Shown: piece after piece, positions 36,837 to 47,426 of the stretch
How the letters are laid out: the number at the start of each line of letters is the position of its first letter
Numbering within the stretch: position 1 is the first letter of the stretch
Assembly: GCA_035352955.1 (NCBI GenBank)
Contig: DAOPYQ010000006.1
Coordinates: 26,456-90,455, forward strand
Length of the DNA stretch: 64,000 nucleotides
Source: Candidatus Omnitrophota bacterium
GTDB lineage: Bacteria > Omnitrophota > Omnitrophia > Omnitrophales > Aquincolibacteriaceae
Reading direction: 5' to 3'
The notes under the pieces: model-generated
Told to the model about the DNA's origin: nothing
Seen by the model: the letters and a program-made list of their open reading frames with translations, nothing else
The model's database searches: none
Made by a program: the position numbers and the translations under genes

Positions 36837-37625
36837 ATGCTTATTACGGTTATTGCCATTGCCATCGGTCTCGGGTTTATCCTCTATACGCCGCGCCTTG
36901 CGTGGGTGAAGGCCTCGCTCAAATATCTCATCGGCGGGTTCTGCCTCTGGGCCGCGATCGTTTTTGCTTCGCAAATCCTCGAAGAAAAGCTGATCCGGGG
37001 GACGGGTCTTGCCATGCTCGGGATCTCCGTGTTTCTATTTGTGGCGGATATGCTGGCTTCATTTTCCGGATGGCTGGGAGAAAAAGTGGTCGGGATCTTC
37101 CGAAAGACCGCCAAAGTTCCGCCGTATGTCATGGAAATATGGACCGCGATGGAACGGATGGCGAGCCGGAAGGTCGGGGCGCTCATCATCCTTCAACGGA
37201 AGCAATTTCTGCGGCCGCATATGAAAGGCGGGATGCCGTTTGATGCAGAAATCAAATCGGAGATTCTCGTGCCTCTTTTTCTGACATCGTCGCCGGTGCA
37301 TGATGGGGCGCTCGTGGTCCATAAGGGCCGCATCCAGACCGTCAAGGGGATTTTGCCGCTTGCATCTCTTTCGGATATTGCGCCGTCCTTCGGGACCCGC
37401 CATCGCGCCGCGATCGGGATCACGGAACGGACCGATGCGATCGCGCTGGTGGTCTCGGAAGAACGCGGGGAGATCAGCGTCGCTTACCGCGGTTGTCTTG
37501 TCAAGATTTCTGACCAGGCTGAGTTCGTCCGGATGACCGGTGCGGCCCTCAAAGGAAAGAATCTCCTGCGGCTGAAGAACGTGGATTTTGTGGTGACCAC
37601 CAAAGTGCTGGATGATCTCGCATGA
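36837..37625 (+). CDS. cdaA: Diadenylate cyclase CdaA (3 TM helices plus DAC domain).
   Basis: DAC motifs LFLTSSPVHDGALVV, GTRHRAAIGITERTDAIALVVSEERGEISV. Confidence 0.85.
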   Translation: MLITVIAIAIGLGFILYTPRLAWVKASLKYLIGGFCLWAAIVFASQILEEKLIRGTGLAMLGISVFLFVADMLASFSGWLGEKVVGIFRKTAKVPPYVMEIWTAMERMASRKVGALIILQRKQFLRPHMKGGMPFDAEIKSEILVPLFLTSSPVHDGALVVHKGRIQTVKGILPLASLSDIAPSFGTRHRAAIGITERTDAIALVVSEERGEISVAYRGCLVKISDQAEFVRMTGAALKGKNLLRLKNVDFVVTTKVLDDLA

Positions 37626-39112
37626 AGCGTTACATTCTCGCGATCGATCAAGGAACGACCGGATCCAGGGCCATCCTGTTCGACGCAAAAGGGAAAGCTG
37701 TTTCGAGCGCTTACCAGGAATTCCGCCAGTATTTTCCGAAGCCGGGATGGGTCGAGCATAACGCCGAAGAGATCTGGATGTCCTGCGTGTCCGTGATCCG
37801 GAGTGCCGTCGCGAAAAGCGGTATTGATCCCGCGAGGATCGCCGCGATCGGGATCACCAACCAGCGCGAAACGACGGTCCTCTGGGATAAGCGGACGGGA
37901 AGGCCCGTTCATCACGCGATCGTTTGGCAGTGCCGGCGGACTTCGGAACTTTGCCGGCGGCTTAAAAAACACGAACCTCTCATTCAGCGGCGCACCGGAC
38001 TGGTGTTTGATCCCTATTTTTCCGGGACCAAAATCCGCTGGTTGCTGGATCATGTGCCGGGACTTAGACGGCGTGTCGCCGCCGGCCGGATCGCGTTCGG
38101 CACGATCGATAGCTGGCTCATCTGGAAGCTCACGGGCGGGAAATCGCACGTCACGGATCTCACGAATGCCTCGCGAACGTTGCTGCTCAATATCCGCACA
38201 AAACGATGGGATCCGGAGATCCTCTCGATCTTCGGCATTCCGAAAAAGATCCTTCCCTCCGTCCAAAAGTCCGGGTCGATTTTCGGTCATACGCAGAAAA
38301 TTGCGGGACTGCCTGCCGGGATTCCCATTGCCGGCGTGATGGGGGACCAGCAGGCGGCGCTTTATGGCCAGGGATGCTTCGAGGCGGGGACCGTCAAGAA
38401 CACCTACGGGACCGGATGCTTCATTGTGCTGAACACCGGAAAAAAATTTGTGATCTCGAAAAAAGGATTATTGACGACGCTTGCCTGCGATTTTCGGGGC
38501 CGGCCGGTCTATGCGCTTGAAGGATCGGTTTTTATCGCCGGTGCCGTGGTGCAATGGTTGCGTGACAGTCTCAAACTTATCAAGAAGTCGTCGGACACAG
38601 AACGGGCCATCAGGCACTTGAGAAATACCCAAGGCGTTTACGTGGTGCCGGCTTTTACCGGGCTCGGAGCGCCGTATTGGGTGAGCGGGGCGCGCGGCCT
38701 GATCGCCGGCATTACGCGCGGCACGACCTCGGCTCATATCATCCGTGCCAGCCTTGAGTCGATCGCCTATCAAACAAAGGATGTCTTCGATCTTATGGAA
38801 AGAACCTTTGGTCGCAGGATCCTCGAGCTCAGGGTGGACGGAGGCGCGTGTAAAAATAATTTTCTTATGCAGTTCCAGGCGGACCTTCTGAACGTGGCGC
38901 TGATCCGTCCGCGGGTCGTGGAACTTACGGCCAAGGGGGTTGCAGACCTTGCGGCGGTCACGTCCGGGATCTTCCGAAACCCTCGCGAGGTGAAAGACCA
39001 GTACAAGGTTCACAGGATCTTTCGTCCCGGGAAGGACTCGGCAAAACGCGGAGCGCTTTATGCCGGGTGGCTTAAGGCTGTGGCTAAAACGGTTGCGGGG
39101 GAAAAACCATGA
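37622..39112 (+). CDS. glpK: Glycerol kinase.
   Basis: ILAIDQGTTGSRAILFD...WVEHNAEEIW FGGY-family N-terminus, 496 aa. ATGA overlap with cdaA. Confidence 0.9.
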   Translation: MKRYILAIDQGTTGSRAILFDAKGKAVSSAYQEFRQYFPKPGWVEHNAEEIWMSCVSVIRSAVAKSGIDPARIAAIGITNQRETTVLWDKRTGRPVHHAIVWQCRRTSELCRRLKKHEPLIQRRTGLVFDPYFSGTKIRWLLDHVPGLRRRVAAGRIAFGTIDSWLIWKLTGGKSHVTDLTNASRTLLLNIRTKRWDPEILSIFGIPKKILPSVQKSGSIFGHTQKIAGLPAGIPIAGVMGDQQAALYGQGCFEAGTVKNTYGTGCFIVLNTGKKFVISKKGLLTTLACDFRGRPVYALEGSVFIAGAVVQWLRDSLKLIKKSSDTERAIRHLRNTQGVYVVPAFTGLGAPYWVSGARGLIAGITRGTTSAHIIRASLESIAYQTKDVFDLMERTFGRRILELRVDGGACKNNFLMQFQADLLNVALIRPRVVELTAKGVADLAAVTSGIFRNPREVKDQYKVHRIFRPGKDSAKRGALYAGWLKAVAKTVAGEKP

Positions 39113-40593
39113 AGCGCGATATCGACCGGTTCTCAAAGACGACGTATGACCTTCTCGTGATCGGCGGGGGGATCAACGGCGCCTCGATCGCGCATATCGC
39201 TGCGAAACATAAAATGAGGGTGGCGCTTCTTGAAAAAGGGGATTTCGCGAGCGGGACGTCAAGCAAATCCACCAAGTTGATCCACGGCGGGATCCGCTAT
39301 CTCGAAAATCTCGAATTCGACCTTGTTTACGAATCCCTGAAAGAACGGTACATCCAGCTTCGGGTCGCACCGCATCTTGTCAAAGCCATGCCGTTCGTCA
39401 TTCCGGTCTATGAGGGTGACAAAAGGCCGCTTTGGATGATGCGGCTCGGGGTATTTTTATATGATCTGATCGCGGGGGTTTTCCGGATTCAGAGACATCG
39501 CGGGTTGAGCGCGGCGGAAGTCGTCGAGCTCGAGCCGGGGATCAAACGCGAAGGGTTAAAAGGAGGCGTGCTCTACTACGACGCGCAGATGGATGACGCA
39601 CGGCTTTGCCTCGAAAATGTGCTGATGGCGGACGAATACGGCGCGCATGTTGCCAACTACGTGGAGGTAGTTTCCTTTATCAAAGAGAACGGACGGATCT
39701 CGGGGGTTAAGGCTCAAGACCTTCTCAGCCGCCGCAGGTTCGAGGTTCGCGCCAAAAAGGTGGTATGTGCGGGCGGGCCATGGACCAATGAGTTGCTCCA
39801 GCTCGATTCCCCGAAGGCCCCAAAAAGGGTTCGCACGACCAAGGGTATCCACATCGTTTACAAGGGGGAGATCTCGAAGCACGCGCTCCTCCTTGGTTCA
39901 CAAAGCGACCGCCGTGTTTTTTTTGTTATCCCCTGGATGGGCAACTCGCTGATCGGCACCACGGACACGGATTACGACGGAAGCCCGGATGATGTTAAAG
40001 TGGAACCGGAGGACCTCGAATATCTGATGCGTGAATCCCGGCGCGTTTTTCCGGCGCTTGATTTCGGGGAAGGAAGGATTCTCGCCACGTTTGCGGGGTT
40101 GCGGCCGCTTATTTCTAAGGGGGGGGCGGCGAGCAAGGTTTCGCGTAAACATTTATTCTATCAGTCTTCATCCGGGGTTTTCTTTGTGGTCGGGGGAAAG
40201 TACACGACCTACCGCAAGGTCGCGGAAGATTGCGTCAAAAAGATCTGGCGTCCGTTCGGAAGGGAAGGGTTCAAAGTTTATGGGAGCGGCCCGATCCTCG
40301 GAAGCGCGGAGGCGGTTGGTGCCCATTATGACGTCGAACCTAAAATCGTGCAGTCGCTTATGGATCTTTACGGAACCCATTACCGGGACGTCTTGCATCT
40401 GACGGAGCTGGATGCGAACCTCAAAGAAAAAGTATCGATCGACCCGATTGTCATTAAGGCCCAGCTGGTTTATTCAGTTCAGACGGAAATGGCCCGAACC
40501 GTCGAAGACATCGCCGACCGGCGTCTTTCTCTTTTCTCTCGCGGTCCCGTGCCTGAGGTCACCCTCGCGGCCATTCGTTCCTGCTTGAAATAG
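39109..40593 (+). CDS. glpD: FAD-dependent glycerol-3-phosphate dehydrogenase.
   Basis: YDLLVIGGGINGASIAHIAAKHKMRVALLEKGDFASGTSSKSTKLIHGG. ATGA overlap with glpK. Confidence 0.85.
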   Translation: MKRDIDRFSKTTYDLLVIGGGINGASIAHIAAKHKMRVALLEKGDFASGTSSKSTKLIHGGIRYLENLEFDLVYESLKERYIQLRVAPHLVKAMPFVIPVYEGDKRPLWMMRLGVFLYDLIAGVFRIQRHRGLSAAEVVELEPGIKREGLKGGVLYYDAQMDDARLCLENVLMADEYGAHVANYVEVVSFIKENGRISGVKAQDLLSRRRFEVRAKKVVCAGGPWTNELLQLDSPKAPKRVRTTKGIHIVYKGEISKHALLLGSQSDRRVFFVIPWMGNSLIGTTDTDYDGSPDDVKVEPEDLEYLMRESRRVFPALDFGEGRILATFAGLRPLISKGGAASKVSRKHLFYQSSSGVFFVVGGKYTTYRKVAEDCVKKIWRPFGREGFKVYGSGPILGSAEAVGAHYDVEPKIVQSLMDLYGTHYRDVLHLTELDANLKEKVSIDPIVIKAQLVYSVQTEMARTVEDIADRRLSLFSRGPVPEVTLAAIRSCLK

Positions 40594-40691
40594 CCCTGCC
40601 TTGTCTTCCAAAAGGTTATGACCGGATACTCTTTTCAGAGTTTAATTGTTAAGTTATTTACAAATCAGGCCCTTCGCGATAAGATGGCGGC

Positions 40692-41219
40692 ATGAAGCAG
40701 GTCGGTTCTCCGCAGAAACAATCTGACAACGAAGATCTTCGCGAAGATCATTACCGGAGCATGGTGCGCGAGTTCGGCGGTCGTTACAAAAAATTCGACT
40801 GGCCGTCGGTCGAAGTCCTTTTGAACCTTGTGCATGTTTACGACGTTATCTGGGTGCATTTTGCGAAGCTGATGGCTGCTTCGGGCCTTTCGCCGGCGGT
40901 CTTCAACGTTCTCATGATTCTGAGCCGTGGCACCGGAAAGAAACTCAAACAACGCGACATCAGCAAGCTCCTTCTTTCCAGCCGGGCGAATGTGACCGGA
41001 CTCGTGAACAGTTTGGTCCGGAAGGGGTTGGCGAAGCGAGCGATGGATAAAAACGATCGCCGGGCATGGCTCGTAGAGATCAGTTCGAAAGGGAAGGCCC
41101 TTCTCGAGAATTATCTTCCTTTTCATTACGCGGAAGTTTACCGGATACTCACAAGTTTCAGCGGGAGCGAGAAAAAAATGTTCAGTCGATTGCTTTGTAA
41201 AGTGAAAAGCGAGATTTGA
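40692..41219 (+). CDS. MarR family transcriptional regulator heading an efflux operon.
   Basis: Winged HTH KLKQRDISKLLLSSRANVTGLVNSLVRKGLAKRAMDKNDRRAWLVEI. Confidence 0.85.
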   Translation: MKQVGSPQKQSDNEDLREDHYRSMVREFGGRYKKFDWPSVEVLLNLVHVYDVIWVHFAKLMAASGLSPAVFNVLMILSRGTGKKLKQRDISKLLLSSRANVTGLVNSLVRKGLAKRAMDKNDRRAWLVEISSKGKALLENYLPFHYAEVYRILTSFSGSEKKMFSRLLCKVKSEI

Positions 41220-41222
41220 AAA

Positions 41223-42662
41223 ATGCACGAGAGAGGAAGGTTCCAAAGAGGTCGCCGGTCGTTTGGGATAGGTGCGACGGGTTTGCTATTTATTCTTGCG
41301 GTTATATTTTGTCTGAAGCCGGTACCTGCGGAGGCCTCATTCGGGTCTTTTTTGGAAAAGTTCTTTTCATCGGGCAAGCAAAAACAGGTTGAGCAGATCC
41401 CGTTCACGGCACTCGGTGTGCAGGACACGATCCGGTTCGCACTCAGGAACAATCTTATGACCCGGCTCGCTTTGGAGCAGATCCGGGAATCTAAGGGGCA
41501 ACGCCTTCAGATCGCCTCCGAGCTTCTGCCGCATGTCGAGGCGGGACTTTATGAGACCCGGGTCGGAAGGATGAATTATGCCGCCATGGGGTTCAAGAGT
41601 TTGCCGCTGGCCGGACCGTTCGATACGTTCGATGCACGGTTCCGTTTGACCCAGAAGGTCTTCGATCTCAGTGCTTTCTCCAGGTTTCAGGCCGGTTATA
41701 CCGCCGTAAAGGTCAAGGAATTTGAAGAGGAATTCGCCCGTCAGAAAGTGACGCTCGAAGCGTCATTGGCTTATCTCGTCGCGCTCCGGAGTAAAGGGGA
41801 ATTCAAGGCAGCAGAGGCGGATCTGGAGCTTGCCGAACGGTTGCTGAGGCAGGCGGAGCATCAGCATGAAGCTCAGATCGCCACCGGCGTTGATGTTGCC
41901 CGTGCCACGACGCGCCGCGCGGAAGGCGAATTTGTCGTGGAGCAGATGAAGATGGTCCTGACCGAAGCTTATTTGCAGCTTCAGAGGGTTGCCGGTCTCC
42001 CGTATGATGAAAAATTAGCCTTAAGCGATTCTCTGGATTATCTTGAGGAGCCTGAAATCACCGTGCAGGATGCGGTGAACATTGCGGAACGCGACCGTTT
42101 GGAAGCCCGGATCCTGCAGGACCGGATCCGCGCGCAGAACTATCTTGTGCGGGCCGCCAAACTGGAGCCGTTTCCCAAAGGGGTTTTGAGCGGTGATTAT
42201 GGATTGAGCGGGAACGGACCCAAGCGGAACGATCGCGCGACGGGACAGATCATGATCGGTATGAGCATGCCGCTTTTGGAAGGCGGCAAAATCTGGGGCA
42301 CGATCCGGGCCGAATCGAGCCGCAAGCGTCAGCTCGAACGTCAGATGGAGGATCTCCGGAGGCAGATCGAAGAAGATGTGCGGCTCGCGTTGCTTAAGAT
42401 CCGGACGGAGCGGCAGCAAGTGAAAACAGCGAAGTCGATCCTGGACCTGGCGCAGCGGGAACTGAAGATGTCGAGGGACCGTTTTGCCGAAGGATTGGGG
42501 GACAATGTGGAAGTGGTCGGGGCACAGGCGACATTGGCCCGGGCCAGGGATACTTATGTGATTGCTTTGACCGAATATCATGTGGCACGGCTGAACCTGC
42601 TTTTTGCGTTGGGGCAGACCGGATCGTTCCATCTCAAGACCAAGGATCCAAACGAGGAGTAA
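41223..42662 (+). CDS. TolC-family outer membrane efflux protein.
   Basis: Signal peptide. OEP-repeat architecture with coiled-coil heptads. Lies between marR and the emrA-like gene. Confidence 0.8.
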   Translation: MHERGRFQRGRRSFGIGATGLLFILAVIFCLKPVPAEASFGSFLEKFFSSGKQKQVEQIPFTALGVQDTIRFALRNNLMTRLALEQIRESKGQRLQIASELLPHVEAGLYETRVGRMNYAAMGFKSLPLAGPFDTFDARFRLTQKVFDLSAFSRFQAGYTAVKVKEFEEEFARQKVTLEASLAYLVALRSKGEFKAAEADLELAERLLRQAEHQHEAQIATGVDVARATTRRAEGEFVVEQMKMVLTEAYLQLQRVAGLPYDEKLALSDSLDYLEEPEITVQDAVNIAERDRLEARILQDRIRAQNYLVRAAKLEPFPKGVLSGDYGLSGNGPKRNDRATGQIMIGMSMPLLEGGKIWGTIRAESSRKRQLERQMEDLRRQIEEDVRLALLKIRTERQQVKTAKSILDLAQRELKMSRDRFAEGLGDNVEVVGAQATLARARDTYVIALTEYHVARLNLLFALGQTGSFHLKTKDPNEE

Positions 42663-42664
42663 TT

Positions 42665-43579
42665 ATGGTGATCAAGACCCTGAAGAAGATCAAACAAATG
42701 GACCGGGCGGAATTTAAACGCAGGCTTTACGCCGACGATCCCACGTTCCGGTTCGTTGTGGCGTGCGTGGGAGGTTTTCTTCTGATCGGGCTTCTTTGGA
42801 TCTTTTATCAGAGCCTGTGTTATGTGTCGACGGATGACGCGTTCGTAGAAGGGCATGTGGCGCCGATCAGTCCCAAGGTCTCGGCCCAGGTGATCCGGGT
42901 TCCGGTCAAAGACAATCAGGAAGTGAAGACCGGAGACCTTCTCGTGGAGTTGGATGTGAGCGATTACCGGGTCCAGCATGATATGGCCAAGGCGGATCTG
43001 ATGGCGGCCGAAGCGGAAGCGCAAAAGGCCCATGCTGATGAAGTGCGGTACAAGAAACTGAACGATCAGGACGAAGTTTCCAAACAGCAACTGGATATGG
43101 CGGTCCTTCGAACGGAAGTCGCGGATGCCAAAGTGGCGGCGGCAAAAGCTAGATTAGAACAGACGGGGCTTGAAGTTTCCTACACCAAGATCACGGCTCC
43201 GATCAGCGGGCATGTGACCCGGAAAAGCGTTGAGCTCGGGGCGTTGGTCCAAACCGGTCAGCCGCTCATGGCGATCGTTTCCGATGAAAAGTGGGTCGTG
43301 GCGAATTTCAAGGAGACTCAGTTGCGCGATATGCATTCCGGCCAGAAGGTGAAGATCAAGGTCGATACCTATCCGGGCAAGACCTTTCACGGTCACGTGG
43401 ACAGCATTCAGCGGGGGACAGGAGCGCGCTTCAGCTTGCTGCCGCCCGAGAATGCGACCGGAAATTTCGTCAAAGTGGTTCAGCGAATTCCCGTGAAGAT
43501 CGTTTTTGACGAAAAGCCGGAAAAAAAATATCCGCTGGGACTCGGCATGTCGGTCGTGCCGGAAGTCAAAGTTCACTGA
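42665..43579 (+). CDS. emrA: HlyD/EmrA-family periplasmic adaptor (membrane fusion protein).
   Basis: Single N-terminal TM helix. Biotinyl-lipoyl-like hairpin VKTGDLLVELD...ITAPISGHV. Long coiled coil. Confidence 0.85.
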   Translation: MVIKTLKKIKQMDRAEFKRRLYADDPTFRFVVACVGGFLLIGLLWIFYQSLCYVSTDDAFVEGHVAPISPKVSAQVIRVPVKDNQEVKTGDLLVELDVSDYRVQHDMAKADLMAAEAEAQKAHADEVRYKKLNDQDEVSKQQLDMAVLRTEVADAKVAAAKARLEQTGLEVSYTKITAPISGHVTRKSVELGALVQTGQPLMAIVSDEKWVVANFKETQLRDMHSGQKVKIKVDTYPGKTFHGHVDSIQRGTGARFSLLPPENATGNFVKVVQRIPVKIVFDEKPEKKYPLGLGMSVVPEVKVH

Positions 43580-43581
43580 AC

Positions 43582-45174
43582 ATGGCCGACGAACATCGTA
43601 GGACGCAGGCCGTTCCGGCCGAGGACGAGTGGCATCCCCGCCACAATCCCTGGCTGATCGCGTTCTCGGTGATGCTTGCAACTTTCATGGAAGTGCTGGA
43701 CACTTCCGTCGCGAACGTTTCGTTGCCGCACATCGCGGGGAACCTTTCCGCGAGCAATCATGAAGCCACCTGGGTCCTGACGAGCTATCTTGTCTCGAAC
43801 GCGATCATCCTTCCGGCCACGGCATGGTTCGGCGGATTCTTCGGCCGGAAACGGTTTCTGATCATCTGCATCATGCTCTTTACGGTTTCCTCGGTTTTTT
43901 GCGGGCTTGCTCACAGCCTGGGTTTTTTGATCTTTGCCCGGGTGGTTCAGGGGATCGGCGGCGGCGCGCTGCAACCGATCGCTCAGGCCGTTCTTCTGGA
44001 AAGTTTTCCAAGGGAAAAACGGGGGCTTGCCATGGCGGTTTTTGCGCTCGGAGTGATCGTGGCGCCGATCATTGGTCCGACGATCGGCGGATGGATCACG
44101 GACAATTATTCCTGGCGGTGGATCTTTCTGATCAATCTCCCGTTCGGGGTGTGGGCAGCGTTCATGACGCAAGCGTTTGTGGAGGATCCTCCCTATATTA
44201 AAAAGAACCGCGCGCTCTCGATCGACTATGTCGGCTTTTCATTGATGGCGATCGGGCTCGGGGTCCTGCAGGTGGTCCTGGATAAAGGGCAGGAGGTCGA
44301 CTGGTTCGCCACAAGCTGGATCGGATGGTGCACGGCGATCATCGTGATCTCCTTAGTGGCCTTCGTGTTCTGGGAACTGCGCGCGACGCATCCAGTGGTG
44401 GACCTGCGCATCATGAAAGATCGGAATTTCCTGATCGGGGTTTGCATCATTACGGTCGTGGGCGCGGTGCTTTACAGCACGACGGCGCTTCTGCCGCTTT
44501 TTTTGCAGGAATTGATGAACTATACGGCGCTTTGGAGCGGTCTGGTTATCAGCCCGCGGGGGATCGGTGCTTTTTTGACAGCGATCCTGATCGGCCGGTT
44601 GATCGGGTTTATCGATGCGCGGATCTTTGTGGCGGGAGGGTTGGCGCTCCTCGGAATTACTTGCTACAAATTAGGGCATATCAATCTCGAGATCGGGATG
44701 TGGAATATCATCTGGCCGATTGTAGGGACCGGGATCGGCATGCCGGCGATCTTCATTCCTTTGAGCATGCTGACCGTGGCGACAGTCCATAAAGAGGACA
44801 TGGGGAACGCGACAGGGCTTTTTAATCTGATGCGGAATATCGGCGGCAGTATCGGGATCGCGCTGACGACGACGATGCTTGCGCGGTGGAGCCAGGTTCA
44901 CCAGGCGGTCCTGGTGTCGCATTTGACGCCGTATGATCCCGCGTATCAGATGGCTTTTCAGAAGATCCAGCATCTGGCCGGCGTTGCCGTTGGAGGTTTG
45001 ACACAACCATTGACATATGCTTTTATCTACAAAGAACTGGTCCGCCAGGCGACGCTGATGGCGTTCGTGGATAATTTTCGCGTGATCGGGATCGCTTGTC
45101 TGGTGTGTGTCCCAAGCGTTTTTCTTTTCAGCAAGATCTCCCATAAAGGCGAAGCTCCCGTGGGAGTTCATTGA
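43582..45174 (+). CDS. emrB: DHA2-family MFS multidrug efflux permease (EmrB/QacA-like, 14 TMS).
   Basis: LDTSVANVSLPHIAGNL and GRKRFLIICIMLFTVSS motifs. 530 aa. Confidence 0.85.
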   Translation: MADEHRRTQAVPAEDEWHPRHNPWLIAFSVMLATFMEVLDTSVANVSLPHIAGNLSASNHEATWVLTSYLVSNAIILPATAWFGGFFGRKRFLIICIMLFTVSSVFCGLAHSLGFLIFARVVQGIGGGALQPIAQAVLLESFPREKRGLAMAVFALGVIVAPIIGPTIGGWITDNYSWRWIFLINLPFGVWAAFMTQAFVEDPPYIKKNRALSIDYVGFSLMAIGLGVLQVVLDKGQEVDWFATSWIGWCTAIIVISLVAFVFWELRATHPVVDLRIMKDRNFLIGVCIITVVGAVLYSTTALLPLFLQELMNYTALWSGLVISPRGIGAFLTAILIGRLIGFIDARIFVAGGLALLGITCYKLGHINLEIGMWNIIWPIVGTGIGMPAIFIPLSMLTVATVHKEDMGNATGLFNLMRNIGGSIGIALTTTMLARWSQVHQAVLVSHLTPYDPAYQMAFQKIQHLAGVAVGGLTQPLTYAFIYKELVRQATLMAFVDNFRVIGIACLVCVPSVFLFSKISHKGEAPVGVH

Positions 45175-45218
45175 TCCGGTTGGTATAATACTTTACTTAG
45201 CTTAAGGAGGACTTTTTT

Positions 45219-46010
45219 ATGAATAAATCCAAGGATCCGGCACCGAAATCTCCAACCTCGCATTTGCATGTGATGAACCTGATCGTTGCGCTTGTCGCGG
45301 GCATTATCTCGATCACCGGCGGCATTTATACGCTGAAGAATAATATCTTTTCGGAAGCCGCTTTTGGGAATTTACAGGGGGTCGTGCGCGACGTGAAGAT
45401 CGCCAAGCCGCTTTATCTGACGACGATAGAAGTTTCGGGGACCGATGGTGCGGTTGTGAACACCGTAACGACCGACAAGGACGGGCAGTACCTCGTGCAG
45501 CATCTGAAAACAGGAAACTATATCGTGAAATTCACGGCGCCGCTCCATACGGTCGAGACGAAGACCGTGAAGATCGAAAAAGACGCGACTTCTTCGATTA
45601 ATATCGATCTTGTGCCTATTCAGGAACAGATGAAAGCGATCGTGCCCGAACAGACCGTTCCGGTGCAGGTCACGGCGCCAGCGGGGAATGCGCCGTCCCA
45701 GGTTGCAGCATCCTCTTCCGTTCCGTCGTACGGGAATGGAAACACGGTTAATTATGGCAATGCTCAAACGGCACAGACTTCTTCGGGATATCCGCAGCAA
45801 TCGTACGAGCAGGTTCCGGATATGAATGGTCCCGGTCCTCAGCCGCCTCCGTATCATCATCGCCGGCCGCGAGGGTATTACGCCGCGACAGGTTCCGATC
45901 AGAGCAACACGACGTCGACGACTTCGTCAGCATCGCAGGGAAGTGCTCTGGCCCAGGCCGGAGCGCAGCTCCTCGAAGGTTTTCTTTCCAAGAAAACATC
46001 TCAGAACTGA
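45219..46010 (+). CDS. Membrane-anchored protein with a carboxypeptidase-regulatory-like (transthyretin-fold) domain and a Q/S/G/P-rich low-complexity tail.
   Basis: TM helix LIVALVAGIISITGGIY. TDKDGQYLVQHLKTGNYIVKF motif. Strong RBS AAGGAGG. Confidence 0.55.
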   Translation: MNKSKDPAPKSPTSHLHVMNLIVALVAGIISITGGIYTLKNNIFSEAAFGNLQGVVRDVKIAKPLYLTTIEVSGTDGAVVNTVTTDKDGQYLVQHLKTGNYIVKFTAPLHTVETKTVKIEKDATSSINIDLVPIQEQMKAIVPEQTVPVQVTAPAGNAPSQVAASSSVPSYGNGNTVNYGNAQTAQTSSGYPQQSYEQVPDMNGPGPQPPPYHHRRPRGYYAATGSDQSNTTSTTSSASQGSALAQAGAQLLEGFLSKKTSQN

Positions 46011-46058
46011 ACGTCGCGTTATTGGGGACGCGGCGTTCCGTATAGGGAAGGTTCTTTC

Positions 46059-47363
46059 ATGTCAGTGAACAATATTTTTCGGGCGCTCCGCCACCGGAAT
46101 TATCGGCTCTTCTTCGGCGGGCAAAGCATTTCGCTCGTCGGCACCTGGATGCAGCAGGTCGCGTTGAGCTGGCTGGTCTACCGGCTGACGAATTCGCCGT
46201 TCCTCCTGGGATTCGTCGGCTTCGTCGGATTGGTCCCGACTTTCATTTGCACGCCGCTGGCGGGTGTTTTTGCGGACCGGCATGACCGCCGGAACATGTT
46301 GCTCGTGACCCAATCGCTTTCGATGGTCCAGGCCGCCATTCTGGCTTTTCTGGTGCTGACGCATCAGATTCAGGTGTGGCAGATCATCGTGCTTAGCGCA
46401 TTCATCGGGACCGTCAACTCGTTCGATATTCCGATTCGCCAGGCGTTCACGGTCGAGATGATCGAAAACAGGGAAGATCTCGGCAACGCGATTGCATTGA
46501 ACTCCTCCATGCTGAATGCCGCCAGGCTCATCGGTCCTTCCGTAGCGGGGATCCTGATCGCATCGGTCGGGGAAGGACTCTGCTTTTTATTGAATGCGCT
46601 GAGCTATATTGCGGTTCTCTGGTCGCTGGGTTCCATGCACATGACCCCGCATCCGGTCTTGCCGTCCAGCCGGAACCTGCTCTGGGAATTCCGCGACGGG
46701 TTACGGTATGCAGTTCAATCGATCCCGATCCGGTGGATCCTTTTTCTTTTGGCGCTCACCAGTTTTATGGGGGTGTCCTATCAAACGCTGATGCCGATCT
46801 TTGCCAAGGATATTTTTCACCGGGGCTCTTCGGCGTTGGGCTTTTTGATGGCGATGTTCGGGACCGGTGCGCTGATTGGTGCGCTTTATTTGGCGTCCCG
46901 GAAGAGTGTGATCGGACTGGCGAGGGTGAGCGCTTGGATGGCCGGGCTGTTTGGGGTAGGGATGGTCCTCTTCTCGTTGTCCCGTATTTTTCCTATTTCG
47001 ATGGTGATCATTCTTGTTTCCGGCATCGGCATGATGGTCCACATGGCCGCATGCAACACGATCCTGCAGACGATCGTTGAAGAGGACAAACGGGGACGTG
47101 TCATGGGTTTTTATACAATGGCGTTCATGGGAACGGCTCCGTTCGGGAGCTTGCTGGGAGGGACGTTGGCGAGTTGGATCGGCGCACCGGGGACGCTGGC
47201 TTTTTGCGGAACCTGCTCGATCCTGGGTGCGTTGCTTTTCTACAAGCAGCTTCCGCGGATCCGGGCAAAGATCCGGCCGATCTATGCGCAAAAAGGGATC
47301 CTGCCCGAGGTGGCGCAAGGGCTACAATCCGCGACCGAACTCGGTGGAATTCATCCGGACTGA
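46059..47363 (+). CDS. MFS transporter (EntS/YbdA-like family).
   Basis: N-terminus LRHRNYRLFFGGQSISLVGTWMQQVALSWLV is typical. 12 TMS. Confidence 0.8.
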   Translation: MSVNNIFRALRHRNYRLFFGGQSISLVGTWMQQVALSWLVYRLTNSPFLLGFVGFVGLVPTFICTPLAGVFADRHDRRNMLLVTQSLSMVQAAILAFLVLTHQIQVWQIIVLSAFIGTVNSFDIPIRQAFTVEMIENREDLGNAIALNSSMLNAARLIGPSVAGILIASVGEGLCFLLNALSYIAVLWSLGSMHMTPHPVLPSSRNLLWEFRDGLRYAVQSIPIRWILFLLALTSFMGVSYQTLMPIFAKDIFHRGSSALGFLMAMFGTGALIGALYLASRKSVIGLARVSAWMAGLFGVGMVLFSLSRIFPISMVIILVSGIGMMVHMAACNTILQTIVEEDKRGRVMGFYTMAFMGTAPFGSLLGGTLASWIGAPGTLAFCGTCSILGALLFYKQLPRIRAKIRPIYAQKGILPEVAQGLQSATELGGIHPD

Positions 47364-47426
47364 TTTTAAAACTGGTGTACCCGTATTTTTTTTGTTATAG
47401 TCCGTTGTCGTTCTTTGAAGAAACTA